Of a DNA stretch of 64,000 nt, positions 12,994 through 25,089 are shown piece after piece. The notes beneath the pieces were generated by a model. It searched no databases. It saw only the letters and a list, made by a program, of their open reading frames with translations, and had not been told where the DNA came from. How positions within the stretch are numbered: the stretch's first letter is position 1; each line of letters starts with the position of its first letter. The DNA is from Squalus acanthias (Eukaryota): positions 66,898,001 to 66,962,000 of the forward strand of contig CM059439.1 of NCBI GenBank assembly GCA_030390025.1, written 5' to 3'. A program made the position numbers and the translations under genes.

Positions 12994-13049
12994 GTAAACT
13001 GGACCAGTGGTCTTGTTCCTTCCTCCGGGCATGCCATCTTCACGAATTG
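12994..13049 (-). CDS. NR6A/GCNF-type nuclear receptor, 56-nt exon for the C-terminal extension (T/A box)
   Basis: ttatttttcAG|CAATTCGTGAAGATGGCATGCCCGGAGGAAGGAACAAGACCACTGGTCCAGTTTAC|GTaagt encodes (A)IREDGMPGGRNKTTGPVY. Its phase-1 start joins the DBD exon in frame. NR6A1 has AIREDGMPGGRNKSIGPVQ here (recalled). Confidence 0.93.
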
Positions 13050-13544
13050 CTGAAAAATAAAGTTATTCTTTTCACGAAAAGGTCTTTACAATATAATTAA
13101 TGAGGGTTCTTCAATGGAACCTCCAAATTCTTTCAGCTCTTGATGAACGACGCCATTTTGCATTGACATGCAAGACAGCAAGTCATTTCTGGGTTTGTTT
13201 TAATAAAAAAATGCTTTTAACACGACTGCCAAATTGTATCATAATAAAATCACTATGTTAATTTTGAAATTCAACTAAGATGCTTTGTGTAGCTTCCACA
13301 GTCCTTACATTATTGTACTGCAGTGCAGCAGTATCAATATCCACACATCAGTCTACATTTTCTGTTGTTTAATGTCTGATTTTTGAGTGTATAATGGACG
13401 TAACTGTTTGGAAAATCAGCTGGAGATCTGTGCTGCTGGATCTATGCCCATTTTTTGGCCTGTCTGATGTTGTGCCATTAATTAGCACAGCTAATGGCTG
13501 CAGGATGTATCACCAGTTTGTGAGTACACCATGCAAATGAGAAA

Positions 13545-14010
13545 ACATGGGAACATTCAGAACAGGAGTAGGCCATTCAGCCTCTCGAGCCTGCTCCACC
13601 AATCAATTAGATCATGGCTGATCTGCACCTCAACTTCATTTTCCCACCTTTGCTCCATAGCCCTTAATACCCATACCTAACAAAAATTGATCAATCTCAG
13701 TCTTGAAAGCTCCAATTGTCCCAGTATCCACAGCCTTTTGGGGGAGAGACTTCCAAATTTCCACTGCCCTTTGTGTGAAATAATTTTGCTCCTGAATAGC
13801 CTAGCTCTGATTTTAAGATTGAGCCCTCTTGTTTGGGATTTCCCCCACCAGTGGAAATAGTTTCTCTATATCTACCTTATCGAATTCTTTATCATTTTAA
13901 ATATCTTAATTAGATCATCTTTCAACCTTCTAAACTCTAGGGAACACAAGCTAAGTTTATGCAACCTGTCCTCATAATTTAACCCTTTAAGTCCTGGTAT
14001 CATTCTGGGA
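13545..14010 (-). mobile_element. CR1 3' fragment
   Basis: RMIPGLKGLNYEDRLHKL...LEFRRLKDDLI and the GGAGTAGGCCATTCAGCC tail. Confidence 0.85.
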
Positions 14011-14208
14011 AACACTGGGAAAACTGGAGCCGTCAGCATTGGTTCTTCTGCTGCATCGGAATCAATCTCCAGCAGCCCACGTGGCAGAGATTCCACAACG
14101 AATGATCCTGACTACTTGAAACATTGAGGTCACGCGTTCATAGATTTATTAAGCATACAGTACATGCAATAATACTTAAGCATACACTTAAAAGATAGTA
14201 TTTACAAC

Positions 14209-14381
14209 CAATGTTCCCTGTAAGCTGTGCTTTGTTCTGCGCTGCCTGTTTCTTTTAATGTGCAGTCCCTTTAAATGTCTGTGTACGCCTGGTATTTACA
14301 CTGTAAAAGCCGGTGAGTGACCTGCATGGGACCTTTCAGATTACTGCGCGGCCGCGCGCCTGCACCTTAGCGGGAACATTG
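14209..14381. mobile_element. hAT-type MITE, 173 bp
   Basis: TIRs CAATGTTCCC / GGGAACATTG, exact 8-bp TSD TTTACAAC (14201-14208 and 14382-14389). Confidence 0.9.
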
Positions 14382-15345
14382 TTTACAACCACGCATGATG
14401 GTTGGGGACTCAAACGCATTACATTTCTGAGTTCAGTATTCCAGGCTGATCAAACCATTATGAATCAAAATGGTCAATACAGTCTGCTACTACTGCTACT
14501 GCATGGCAATTCGCACATTTTTGCAGTTCACGATTATACCAAAAGTTAAAATATAATTCCAAATAAGGAAAATCTTCAGCTAATCTGCTGGTTTCTTTAT
14601 TAACAAGTTATTTTTCCATTGAGCTAACAAGATCAGAATAACTCCCTTACTTTGTTATCTTATCAATAATGTTACTCTTGTTCCATATAATTGCTATTCT
14701 AGCAAGTGAAACCTTTAAATATAAGTCTGTCTTTGAGTCTGTACAATCAAACGAACCTTTCCCCCACCCGCACAAAAAAAATAACCTCCCAAAGTCAAGT
14801 CACAGTCCCCGAAAAACAACTCCTCTCACACGGTCTGGTAGAGAACTGACAAAAGCCACCTAACGAATAGGCTAGTCGATCTGGTGCCAGAAACCATACT
14901 GATGTTAAGTGAGCGCCCCAACTGCAGTAGCATGGAAATGTTCTGAGTGCAACGATTTTGTTTGCTTGATTATAAATTGAGTTTTGATTATTTAATCCAC
15001 ACCAGCCCTTTCATTTACAAGAATGGCACCTGTTTTGCCCAGGGCACAACTTTGACTGCAGTTCAGATCAGGCAAAGTGCTCTCTTTATGCTCCAAGTGT
15101 CAGCCAATGACTTTTGTGATTTAGGAGCAAGATTTTTTTTCAAATAATCTGAGCAAGAATATTTCCAGCGTAATATACAAGGTGTGTGACATAAATGGTT
15201 ATTTAATGGGTTTGTTTTGCCGTCACTTTTATTCGAAAGCCCCCATATATATTTTTATGATGTGGAGATGCCGGTGTTGGACTGGGGTGGACAAAAGTGA
15301 GAAGTCGCACAACACCAGGTTATAGTCCAACAGTTTTATTTGAAA

Positions 15346-15383
15346 TCACAAGCTTTCGGAGCTGCTGCTCCTTCGTCAGGTGA
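15346..15383 (-). ncRNA. Minimal type I hammerhead ribozyme
   Basis: UCAC-CUGACGA-A-GGAGC(AGCA)GCUCC-GAAA-GCUU-GUGA: complete core, stems I and II, palindromic AAGCUU in place of stem III. Confidence 0.8.
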
Positions 15384-15398
15384 AGTCTTCACTTCACT

Positions 15399-15435
15399 TC
15401 ACCTGACGAAGGAGCAGCGCTCCGAAAGCTTGTGA
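15399..15435 (+). ncRNA. Minimal type I hammerhead ribozyme
   Basis: UCAC-CUGACGA-A-GGAGC(AGC)GCUCC-GAAA-GCUU-GUGA. Confidence 0.8.
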
Positions 15436-16099
15436 TTTCAAATAAAACTGTTGGACTATAACCTGGTGTTGTGCGACTTCTCACATATATATTTTTAGGA
15501 AGAGGTAAGTTTTTTCGTGGTGCAGTTGGTTAGCTCTCTGTCCTGTCTTCTCTGCAACCAGGGGTTGATTTCAGCAGAGGGATGGGGCTTAAGGATCCTG
15601 GCTGAAATACGTTCATGCAGTCTTAACGTAGCTCCTCAAACTCTTAAAAGTCTGCAGGCCGACCCCCTTCTGCTGTCTCCTGGGCAGCACAAGATTCAAA
15701 GTGTGCACTTGAGGACTCTGGAAGACTGGTAGCGCTATGTTACATTTGACTTCTATACGCCTTCCAATTGGCTGAGCCACTAGTAACATGACCTGTCACC
15801 TCTCGTGAACTGGACAGCTGATGACAGGCACTGCATCTGGGGGGGTGGTGGAGAGGGCAGAGGAGTCTCTTATAGACATACGTACACACAAGCAACTCGA
15901 TAAAGTCACATTTTTTAAATAAGTGAAAGCAAAAGTGGAGATAATAGAATCTAAAGAAATGCAGACAGTCGTTCGAGTTCAACTTACCAAGAGAAAGAGA
16001 GGAGAATGAACCAATAAAAGTAATATTATTTTTAATATTATATAAAATCATCACAACCCTCTGCAGTGGAGCCCAAAGCAGTGAAGGGCTCTAATTGGT

Positions 16100-16640
16100 G
16101 ACCCTAGCCTACTAGAAGTCAACAATTCAACCTACGGGGCCCCTCAAAGAGTTGCAGCACAGGGGACTGTTGAAGAATGATTGAGTCATGGCTGTTTCCT
16201 GGGAAACGGGCAGTGACATGCAAAATGGTCTTTCTGTGGTCGCTAACAATCGTCACATTTATAGAGTAGCCACCTGGGTTCCATCCATGACGCTCTGCAC
16301 CCGTGGAAAACCTGTCATTCTGATCCACTCCAATTGCTGGGTCCTTTCCCCTTGGAAGCAGATGAAGCTGCTTTCCCTTGGCTTCTGTCACTTGTTTGAT
16401 GCATCTGTGCCAGCTGGCAGATTATAGCTGATGCCCCCTGTTGTGGCCTGGAAGGATTCTGTGGCGGTAAGATGTGGAGGCCTCTGTGACTTTCAAAGCT
16501 ATGAGTAGCGCTGTTCCATTTCTGGAGGTGGTCTGTAGACCAGCAGCAACAGACAGCATCACTCTGCCAATGTCTCGCTGGTGAACCTGATTCAACAAAA
16601 GCAATAGCTCCTCGATATCAAGGCAGCATTCGGCTGAATG
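16100..16640 (-). pseudogene. Harbinger transposase remnant
   Basis: GYSINVTIVSDHRKTILHVTARFPGNSHDSIILQQS and ALLIALKVT, homologous to the 714-1941 transposase. Confidence 0.8.
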
Positions 16641-16689
16641 TGGCACTAGAGGGCTCGAGCAAAACAGAAGTTAGTGGGGATCACAGGAA

Positions 16690-16890
16690 AAACCGTCCAG
16701 CAGCTGGAGTCATACCTGGCACAAAGGAAGATGGTTGCAGAGGTCAATCATCGCATTCAGGGCATCGCTGCAGGAGTTGCCTAGGGAAGTGTCCTTGGCC
16801 TAACCATCTTTAGCTGCTTCATCAATGACCTTCCCCCCCATCATAAGGTCAGGAGTGAGGCTGTTTGGTGATGATCGCACAATGTTCAGC
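16690..16890 (+). mobile_element. LINE RT fragment (CR1-like, different family)
   Basis: LESYLAQRKMV...AGVA*GSVLGLTIFSCFINDLP...FGDD. Confidence 0.7.
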
Positions 16891-18065
16891 TCCAGCCAGA
16901 CTTTATCCCTGATTGCACTTTAACCCAGGACCGAGTGGACAGGCCACTGTGGTTTTCCCAGGTGGGCAGGTGGAGACACCTGTCACCAGGATGAAGATGC
17001 CCTCCAAAAGTAAGTGGGAAACTTTCCTTTGTGGGGCCAGCAGGTGCAGGAGCGCTCGTCGTGGCCGCCCCTGCCACAGATTCCCTCAATTCCATCCTTT
17101 GAGACCCTCTCGAAACCCCTTCTCAGCAACTTACCTGCTTGTTGGAGAGGCTCTTTTGGTCCCGGCCCGCTGCAGAAACTTCCTCTCCCACCCTCCGGCC
17201 AGCTGCTACTTTCTGCCCATTTCAAGTGGGCAGCTGACCGGCGACATGAAGATGAGGCCCGGGAGTTAAAATACCCTGAGCCTCAAACCTATTTTGTTTT
17301 GTACTCACCGTGTGCCCCAACTGCCCGAAACCTGCTGGGGGTTAAAATCGAGTCTCTTGCAGTAATGCAAAGTAAAGGACTTAATCACGTTACAAATGAT
17401 TCAGTTACAAATGTTAGCAGCCTACTTTCTTTACTCGTCGTGAACTGGCTGAATCAGCGGCAGTTGCAACTATTTCCAGTTGCATGTTGGAAAACCACAT
17501 CTCAATGATTCTCTGTTTTGCATTCCCACAGTTTGAGTTTCCAGATCTTGTGGGAACCCACAGTGAGGGAACACCCCCAGGATACACAGTTCATTCCTAG
17601 ATTGAAGAAAGCTTGAAAATCCAAAATTGATCCAATATTTATATAACTTTAGATTTGTCACCGAATACAGGTTTGAGCTTTCCTTGTGCCAGTAGGACTG
17701 TGAGCCATTTTGTATTCAGGTCAGAGAGCGATTGCAGCCCTAACTATTCAGAGAAAAACACCATGAATAAACAGGCACACTCCCTGCCCGCATCCTGTTG
17801 ACTGTCCCACCCTCCTCTTAATCAGTGTTGAAAGGACTTGCCCTCAATCAAACTCATCTTCCCTGTGTGGTAAAACAGTGTTCTAACAAGGTTTCTTTTT
17901 AAAGTACCAACATATGGCTTACATGGAGGACGTTAGGACAGATGCAATAAATATAAAGTCGTTTCTCTTGTTTGAGCTCTGTCGGGCAAAATTAAGTCTT
18001 CCTAAAAATGTTAACGAGGGTGGGACCGTAACAACAGGCCGGTGTGGGCTGACTGGTGATGCTGA

Positions 18066-20117
18066 GGGGGCGATTTTGCCAGCCCTGGGGAGGCGGGTAT
18101 GGAGGCGGAACTGCCGGGAAAATGGCAGATTTTGGGGGCGGGTGCCCAACCCGCCTCCATGCCATCTTCCTAGGAGGCGGCTAGCTGTCCCGCGCCGGGT
18201 CCCATCTCCTTGGAGGCGGGAAGGGATTAAAGCCTATTAACTGCCTGTTTACAGGTAGTTAACAGGCAGAAAATAGGATTATCCCCTTTTTGCCCTCACA
18301 AGTGCGGGCTTCCCGAAGGCTCCAAAACCCGCCAGCTCAGCGAGGCGAGTACTGGGTCTGCAGGGGTCGGGGGGGTACAAAAGTGTGGTGTGATGGTAAG
18401 TGATGGGTGCAAGAGTGTAGAGGTGAGTATCTGAGGTAAGTGCAAAGTGTTTTTAAAAGTGTATTTACCTTTGTTTCTCCCTGCAGGCTTCAGTCGGTTT
18501 GTATGCGGAGTCTCGGACCTCCATGTTGCAGATGAGAGATGGCCCTTGCATTCTCAGATGCAACAACCATCTCATTTCTGTAAAAGAAAGAAGGTTGATG
18601 AGGTCTTGAATACAAGACCTCATCAAACTGCATGAGAGAGCCGTTTGCGGGTAGTTACAGAAACATTTGGAAGCCCCAAAAGCCCTCCAGGGAGAATACT
18701 GACCGGTTACACAATGGGAGAAGTATTAACGGGTACTCAGGCAGTTACAAGTATCACCGAAACCCATTAAACGAAGATCACCCTATACAAGAAGTTTGGG
18801 CGCCAAAACCCTGACAAAAGAAAAGACATTAAGATTGGGCGGGAAAAGAGGAATTACAGCACTATAACTGTAAGGTACAACCGTCCATCTGTCTCTTGAC
18901 TCTTGCCGGTTGCTCTTGACTCATGGATCCTGACTCTTGACTGCTGTCTCTGCCTTTTGCTGCTCGACTCTGTGTAGAACTGGGCTGTGAAGCCTTGAAA
19001 CGGGCACACCATCCCGAGAACTCGGTAAACGGTGTTGGAACCGAAGGCCCGAGATGAGATGAGATGAGATGAGATGAGATGAGATGAGAAGAGAAGAAGA
19101 CAACCATACGTATCGCCACGGTCAGTAAGCCCCGACCGCGCTCGATAAATCAGTAACTGCTTCCCAACTGGCATCGGAAGACTGTTCTTCGAGTTCTACC
19201 GACAACTGGTGTCGGGCACAGTAAGACTCTTCTTCGAACTGTATCTGGAGTCCGAGGTCAACACAGATCTTCATGACAGCAGACGGTCCAGCCTGCTAGC
19301 CGGAGCAGAAACGAGTAAACAAGTGGGGTACAGAGACCCCTGATCAACACGTGGGTGGTCAGGTGCTGCGGTAAAAACATCCGAGCAGAGTTTCGGAATT
19401 CTCCGAGTTATCACGAGTGGTGAGCATGAGTCTCGATCCTACAAATCTAGTTTAGGACAGGTATTGATAGGGGAGGGTTTAAGTTTTAAGGATAATTGTA
19501 ATGTGTGCCCCCTTTTACGATGTGTCGTGCGCTCCTCGTTTCCCTAAAATTAGTTACATAACTGCGTGTAAGATTGTACTGTCATTAATCTGTGCTTATG
19601 ACATGTATTTCGTAATCTTGAATAATATGCAATAAAGATTTTCCATTTCGCACTATTCAACCGGGTCTACCTGAGTTTTCTCTGCATTATTGCTCTCGCA
19701 CCTAAGTCCAGTGTCAGAACCGTAAGGGCGAGTGGGTCGAACCACTCACAGGTGTCTAGTGTTACCCGGCTGGCTGGAGACCAGAACAGGCAACAAGGCC
19801 TAACCCCGCACTAGCACCTAGGCTACGCACAGAGCCACAGGTCTCACCCCTTACAAATGTCAGTGTTTGACAGCTTCACAGAGCTGTCAAACAATGACAA
19901 TTCATCTGTCAAAAGTTTTTTACAGATGAAACGTCATACGTTGATGTTCTCTGCAACCGGCTTTCCCTTAATTGGCCTGCTAAACCCGCTGGGCGGGCTT
20001 AACAAGGTCAATCAAGGGAAAATAGCGTGGGTTGGCCAGAAGTTTTTGGATGCGGGACTGAAACCCGACAAGTGGGAGCCCCTCCTCCAAAAGCTCCCCA
20101 TTGAGAAAATCACCCCC
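18066..20117. mobile_element. MITE family 1, copy 3, with a nested LTR-like insert
   Basis: TIRs GGGGGCGATTTT / AAAATCACCCCC, flanks TGA/TAA. Homology to copies 1 and 2 stops near 18632 and resumes near 19856. Confidence 0.85.
18633..19855 (+). mobile_element. Probable solo LTR, about 1.2 kb
   Basis: Clean insertion into the MITE, TG...CA ends, TATA-like TATAA near 18863, (GAGAT)n at 19051-19088, AATAAA at 19631, no credible ORF. TSD not resolved. Confidence 0.65.
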
Positions 20118-21002
20118 TAATTCTCTGCTGCAAATCTGACTGTGAGCTTTCAAGGTTCTACACCCATGGTTTCATAAAAGGGGTTTGAGATCTTTACAAT
20201 TGCAAATGAGAGCCCAACTGCTTGTTTGTCACAGTTTTCACTATGTTTATCCATCTACCTAAATATCTATCTGACTATAATATATAAAAAGTGTGTGCCT
20301 GGCATATAGTTCCTATCTGTTGCACTTAGTTCCTGTGTCCTGATTTTCTCACTCATGCTTTTGTATTATTATTTTGAATTGTAAAGTAATACATACTTAC
20401 CATGATACTTACCTTTCAGTTCTCCAATGCTAGGTGGCGACATTGCTTCTCCAAGGTCCAGCTCCCAGATCAGCTGCAAGTTGGTGTTATTTAAATGTTA
20501 TGGTCCCAAAATTCCTGGAGCAAGATTGAGAGGAGGAAGAGGGGAGAGGAAAGGAGGGGAAAGGAGAGGGACGAGCAGGAGATTATGGAGATGGAGAAGA
20601 TCAATGAAAAAGAAAGCCAATCTGAACTGTAATTGACCTGAGGGACTGCCCAAGAACAATCAGCCTCTAATTGATCCAGGAAAGCACAGTAATTAGATCT
20701 TTTGTATTTAAAGAGAAACTAAATTACACATAATTCGTTGTCCATTCATGGTATAAAGCTCCTTTCCTTATAAAACAGCGTTATCTTGCAACCGAACATA
20801 AGCAATACCACAAGAGATCTTGGAGTATTTAGAAATACTGTGTCCTTAATGAACTCCCTCTAAAGAATGTTAGAAACCTTTCCACAGATTAACACTTCTT
20901 CAATCACAATTATAATTTTATACTCAACCTATTAGTATGTTCCTTCATCCTACATGTAAATAAAACCTGCTGTCATTTGAAAGGTGCTGATGTGGAAAGA
21001 AT

Positions 21003-21180
21003 GGAATATAAATTCATTTTGGGTGGCAGTGCAAAATTGGCGCTAGCGAATCGGCAGCCTGTTTTACACCCCGCCCAATTGTCTTTTTCATCGAAGTCAA
21101 TAGAAATGAATATCGGGCAGGGTGTGAAACAGGCGACCATCGGCTGTTTTGCGATTACCGCCCAAGATCAATTTATACCC
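21003..21180. mobile_element. Short palindromic MITE
   Basis: Ends TATAAATTCATTTTGGGTGG / CCGCCCAAGATCAATTTATA and inner arms CCTGTTTTACACCCCGCCC / GGGCAGGGTGTGAAACAGG. Confidence 0.75.
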
Positions 21181-21929
21181 GAATGTTTTTGGGTGGCTTG
21201 ATATCACTGCATTGAGTTGTTGGCTATAAAAGCTGTGAGTTCCTTTGCACATTTGCCAAAAGTCTCTGCGATTTGAGATCTGCCCCTCACATTGATAAAT
21301 GTCACACTCGACTGGAATGAGGTGACAATGTAGTCATTGCATCACTCCTAGCTGGTTGCAGTGACGACCATGTATGTGAGAACACATAAACACAGAGGAA
21401 CCTCACCAGTGTACATTGCAATGCTGCCCACATGACCAGCTCCCCTGGCAACTGAGAGCAGATATGGATCATGCTGGGGGTATGATGGTGCAATTTAATT
21501 TAGTGATTAATAGGTATTCCTTAACCCGGATACTTTAAATAAAGTTCTTGATATATTGGTAATTACAAATAATATCAATGTTAATAGATGCTACAAACAA
21601 AAAATTAAATACAAACATAGCAAAAGGGTAAACCACTGCCAGCTCGATGACTTTTGGTTTGGCTAGATTTATTCCTTCAGAAACATGGGGAGTGCATTCA
21701 GTTCTGGGTGCTGGCAGGTTCACTCTGCTTTTTTTCCCACTAGTTTTTCTACCACTGTCTTCTCCCTGTTCCTCCTCCGCTCATTAAATCTGTCAATTTA
21801 CATTTCATAATTAATATTCTGCAGTAGACAAAAAAGAGTCTCAAGTTTCTTTACAGATGATGCATCTGAGTCAACCAACCAACAGTGCTGGTAGATACTG
21901 GGACTCACTTTTAACTGGGCCTTTTTACA

Positions 21930-22155
21930 ACTGCAACAACTCGCATTTATATAGCACCTTTAGCATAGTAAAACATCCCAAGGTGCTTCACAGGAGCGTT
22001 ATCAGACGAAATTTGACACCGAGCCACATTAGGAGATATTAGGGCAGGTGACCAAAAGCTTGGTCAAAGTATTAGGTTTTAAGAAGCGTCTTAAAGGAGG
22101 AGAGAGGTAGAGAGGCGGAGAGGTTTAGGGAGGGAATTCCACAGTTTAGGGCCTT
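21930..22155 (-). mobile_element. L2 3' end
   Basis: Same tail as at 12710 and 36607; GPKLWNSLPKPLRLSTSL. Confidence 0.8.
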
Positions 22156-24400
22156 GGATACAATAGAACAGGAAACAACTTTGAACAGTCAGGTTCATTT
22201 CTCCAGAACAAAATACCAGCTCCTGCTGTGGGGATGTGTCGCTACGTTTTGATGGACGCTTTCGGCTCAGAGTGAGTCTCTGGAAAGGTCCGCGGTTCAC
22301 AACTGTTTTGCGTTACAACGGTGTCACAGCAGAATCTATCAACAAGTTTCTTAAATGCAAAGCTGTGCTTAGCCATGGCGATGGAGATACATTTGAGAAC
22401 AGCTCATAATTTTTTCCAGAGCTGAAGATGCCTAAAGTATGAAATTAGCCCCAAAGGACTGAACATGTCAAACCCCTTGGAAATGTTAAAGACTTTGATT
22501 TGAGCCCATGCCTGATGTTTGTGTGGCCTCAATCCATGTTGCTAAGAGAACCAGGCCCCAAGAGTACGTTAACCCTCTCGAAATTTAACTTTTTAAAAGC
22601 TTTTTCTTTGCCTTCTTTAAGATGCATTTTCCTCCTCCTCTGGCTCTCCCTCCTCCCCAGGTCAAGATGGATTCCCCACCAAGAGGTTGCAAACTTTTGT
22701 CAAGAGCAAAAACTGGACAAATGCAGTGGCTTAGGGGGAAAAAAACTTTTCCAAAATTACATTAAAGGCAAATTATTTCAACAATTATGTGGCTTGACAT
22801 TTAACTGTCATATAGAGGGTACATTTATCTCAATCCAGTTTCTCTCTTTGCTGTGGCTCCTACTCATTTGCCAGCATTTGGTTTGGAAGCTGGAATTAAT
22901 TTTTCGAGACCTTTGTAATTTTGCAGTCATGGGAACAACTCAAATCTCCCAAAAAACCACACCAAAAGAATTGGAATAAAAAACTGCTAACACTTACAAT
23001 AAAAAAATGCTCAGTCTGCTCAAACATAGTCCAAATGGCCAAAAAACCCCAGACAGGTGACACCCTGACCAAGCGGAATCTGACAGTGTCACTCTTGAGC
23101 CAGTCACCACTGGATGTACGATGGGCTGGCTGGTCCTCTGACTGACCCTCTCTATGGAGACGTGTGGGACCTCCATTCACTGCCCCTCTCCCGAATGCCA
23201 GGACTGCCATTAGAAGTCAGCACTTTGCCGAGTTTGAATCCAGCGCTATTAGTTCGATGGTTTGGACCACAAAGACGCATTGCTGCCAGTTTACTATTCA
23301 TTAAAAAAAGCCTTTTTAAAGCTTTGCAAAGCTAATATTAATCAGGAATAAGCTGCACGGGGGAAAAAAAACGATTGCCCGGCCCTCTCAATTTATGTAG
23401 CTAACAACTACAGTATCTGGTACTCGTAAATCCTGCCTCTATCAAACAGTTACAACCAACGTTCTTGTACATTATTTGCAAAACAAGGTTTACAGTACAA
23501 CTCTTGCATCCCCGTGATTGCTGTCAGTTTTTAATTTGCTGTCTAGTTTCCAGCTGCTAATGTCACTGGTTTGTGCTGGTAAATGCATTTCCATTACAGT
23601 TTGTATTTTGATTCAATAACAAATTGGTAGATTTAAAAAAAAACAAAAGACAGACCTGCATCCTTTTCTGGCTGACTCAGACTCTGGATCATGACTTGAA
23701 AGTGTGTTCATTTGCAACTCTCTCAATATACATTACCAATCGCAAGTGGGCTTTGTTAGGAAGCTGAGTAATTGGTCAGATCTGAGCATTCCTTTTAATT
23801 TGGCCAGCCCTCTCAGTTGTACTGTTTTGCGAGCATTGAACTGCAGTGACCTGCGGAGTGGTGGCATGCTCCTCCCAAGTATAAAACCTAATGCCATCTG
23901 ACAGCAAGATGGTTGTTGGCTCACTGCCTCTGCGTGGCTGTAATCCTCTCAACTTAACTCTCCACTTTCAACTCTTTCCAGTCTGGGGTATCTAAAGTTT
24001 GCACAGAAGCAGCTTGGAATCGCCAAACAACATCTGATTTGGATTTTAAAGAGCTTTGTGTAAAGGGAGAGAGAATTCAGTCGATCTGCACTCAATCCAA
24101 GTTAGAAATAGTCTGGACAGCAACCAACCTAATTTACAACTCAGTACGGTCTAGCGATACTGTGTTTCGGCAGTCAAATCAACTGAAATATGATGTTTGA
24201 AAGGCAATCGGGTTGCTTTTGCAGTCCAGGTGTGGACTGGCAGGAGGGAGTTGCTGCAGGTTTTGCTCCTGCCAGATTGGAAGAGGATGGCCCAGGTCGA
24301 ACTTACAATATCATCTAGGCCCCAAGCTCTGGAATTCCTGCCCTAAAACTCGCTACCTCTCTCTCCTCCTTTAAGATGCTCCTTAAAACCTACCTCTTTG

Positions 24401-24865
24401 GCCTCCTACACAGTTCCAATGAAACTCAGTGTAAGCTTGAGGAACAGCACCTCATCTTTCGATTAGGCGCTTTACAGCCTTCTGGACTCAACATAGAGTT
24501 CAACAATTTCAGACCATACCCTCCGCTCCCATTTTATCGGACGGCAGCTGTTGATGATTCTGATATTCCCATTTAAACCTCATCTAGACCCATCTTTTGT
24601 TTCTTTACTTGTCCCATTACCATCTCCTTTCATCGTGCACCATCGTCCCTTTTGTCATTGAATCTCTCCTGCCTTCCACCCTATCACAGATCTTGCCTCT
24701 GTACTTGCTTAAAACCTGTTACATCTCTAACCTTTTCCAGTTCTGACGAAGGGTCATCGACCTGAAACGTTAACTCTGTTTCTCTCTCCACAGATGCTGC
24801 CTGAGTATTTCCAGCATTTTCTGTTTTTATTTCAGATTTACAGCATCCGCAGTATTTTGCTTTTG
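24401..24865 (+). mobile_element. Penelope-like element 3' fragment inserted into an L2 tail (24315-24995)
   Basis: KLEEQHLIFRLGALQPSGLNIEFNNFR plus 3' pseudo-LTR. TSD TCTTTG (24395-24400 and 24866-24871) splits the L2 sequence. Confidence 0.88.
24739..24775 (+). ncRNA. Minimal type I hammerhead ribozyme, second family
   Basis: AGUU-CUGACGA-A-GGGUC(AUC)GACCU-GAAA-CGUU-AACU, with palindromic AACGUU. Confidence 0.78.
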
Positions 24866-25089
24866 TCTTTGACTAAGCTTTTTGGTCACCTGTCCTGATA
24901 TCGCCTTCTGTGGCTCGGTGTCAAATTTTTTTAAGTGAAGCACCTTGGGATGTTTTACTATGTTAAAGGCGCTATATAAATGCAAGTTGTTGTTGTCAAC
25001 CTCATTTTAATAATTCCAGCGAGCTCCCAGTCCAAATGGGGCCTGGCTGTGAGAGCTCACCGAAGGGGACAGGAATCCACGTTTCTGCA

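Larger units (their letters stand above)
15258..15484. mobile_element. Penelope-derived fold-back insertion (about 40-nt tail plus inverted pseudo-LTR arms)
   Basis: Arms 15297-15386 and 15396-15484 are reverse complements. 13-bp TSD ATATATATTTTTA (15245-15257 and 15485-15497). Same family as 43504-43923. Confidence 0.88.

Noticed and set aside
20413-20473. Possible 61-nt minus-strand exon (ttgcag...GTAAGT)
   Set aside because: Contains a stop in the phase needed after the DBD exon and has no NR6A similarity.
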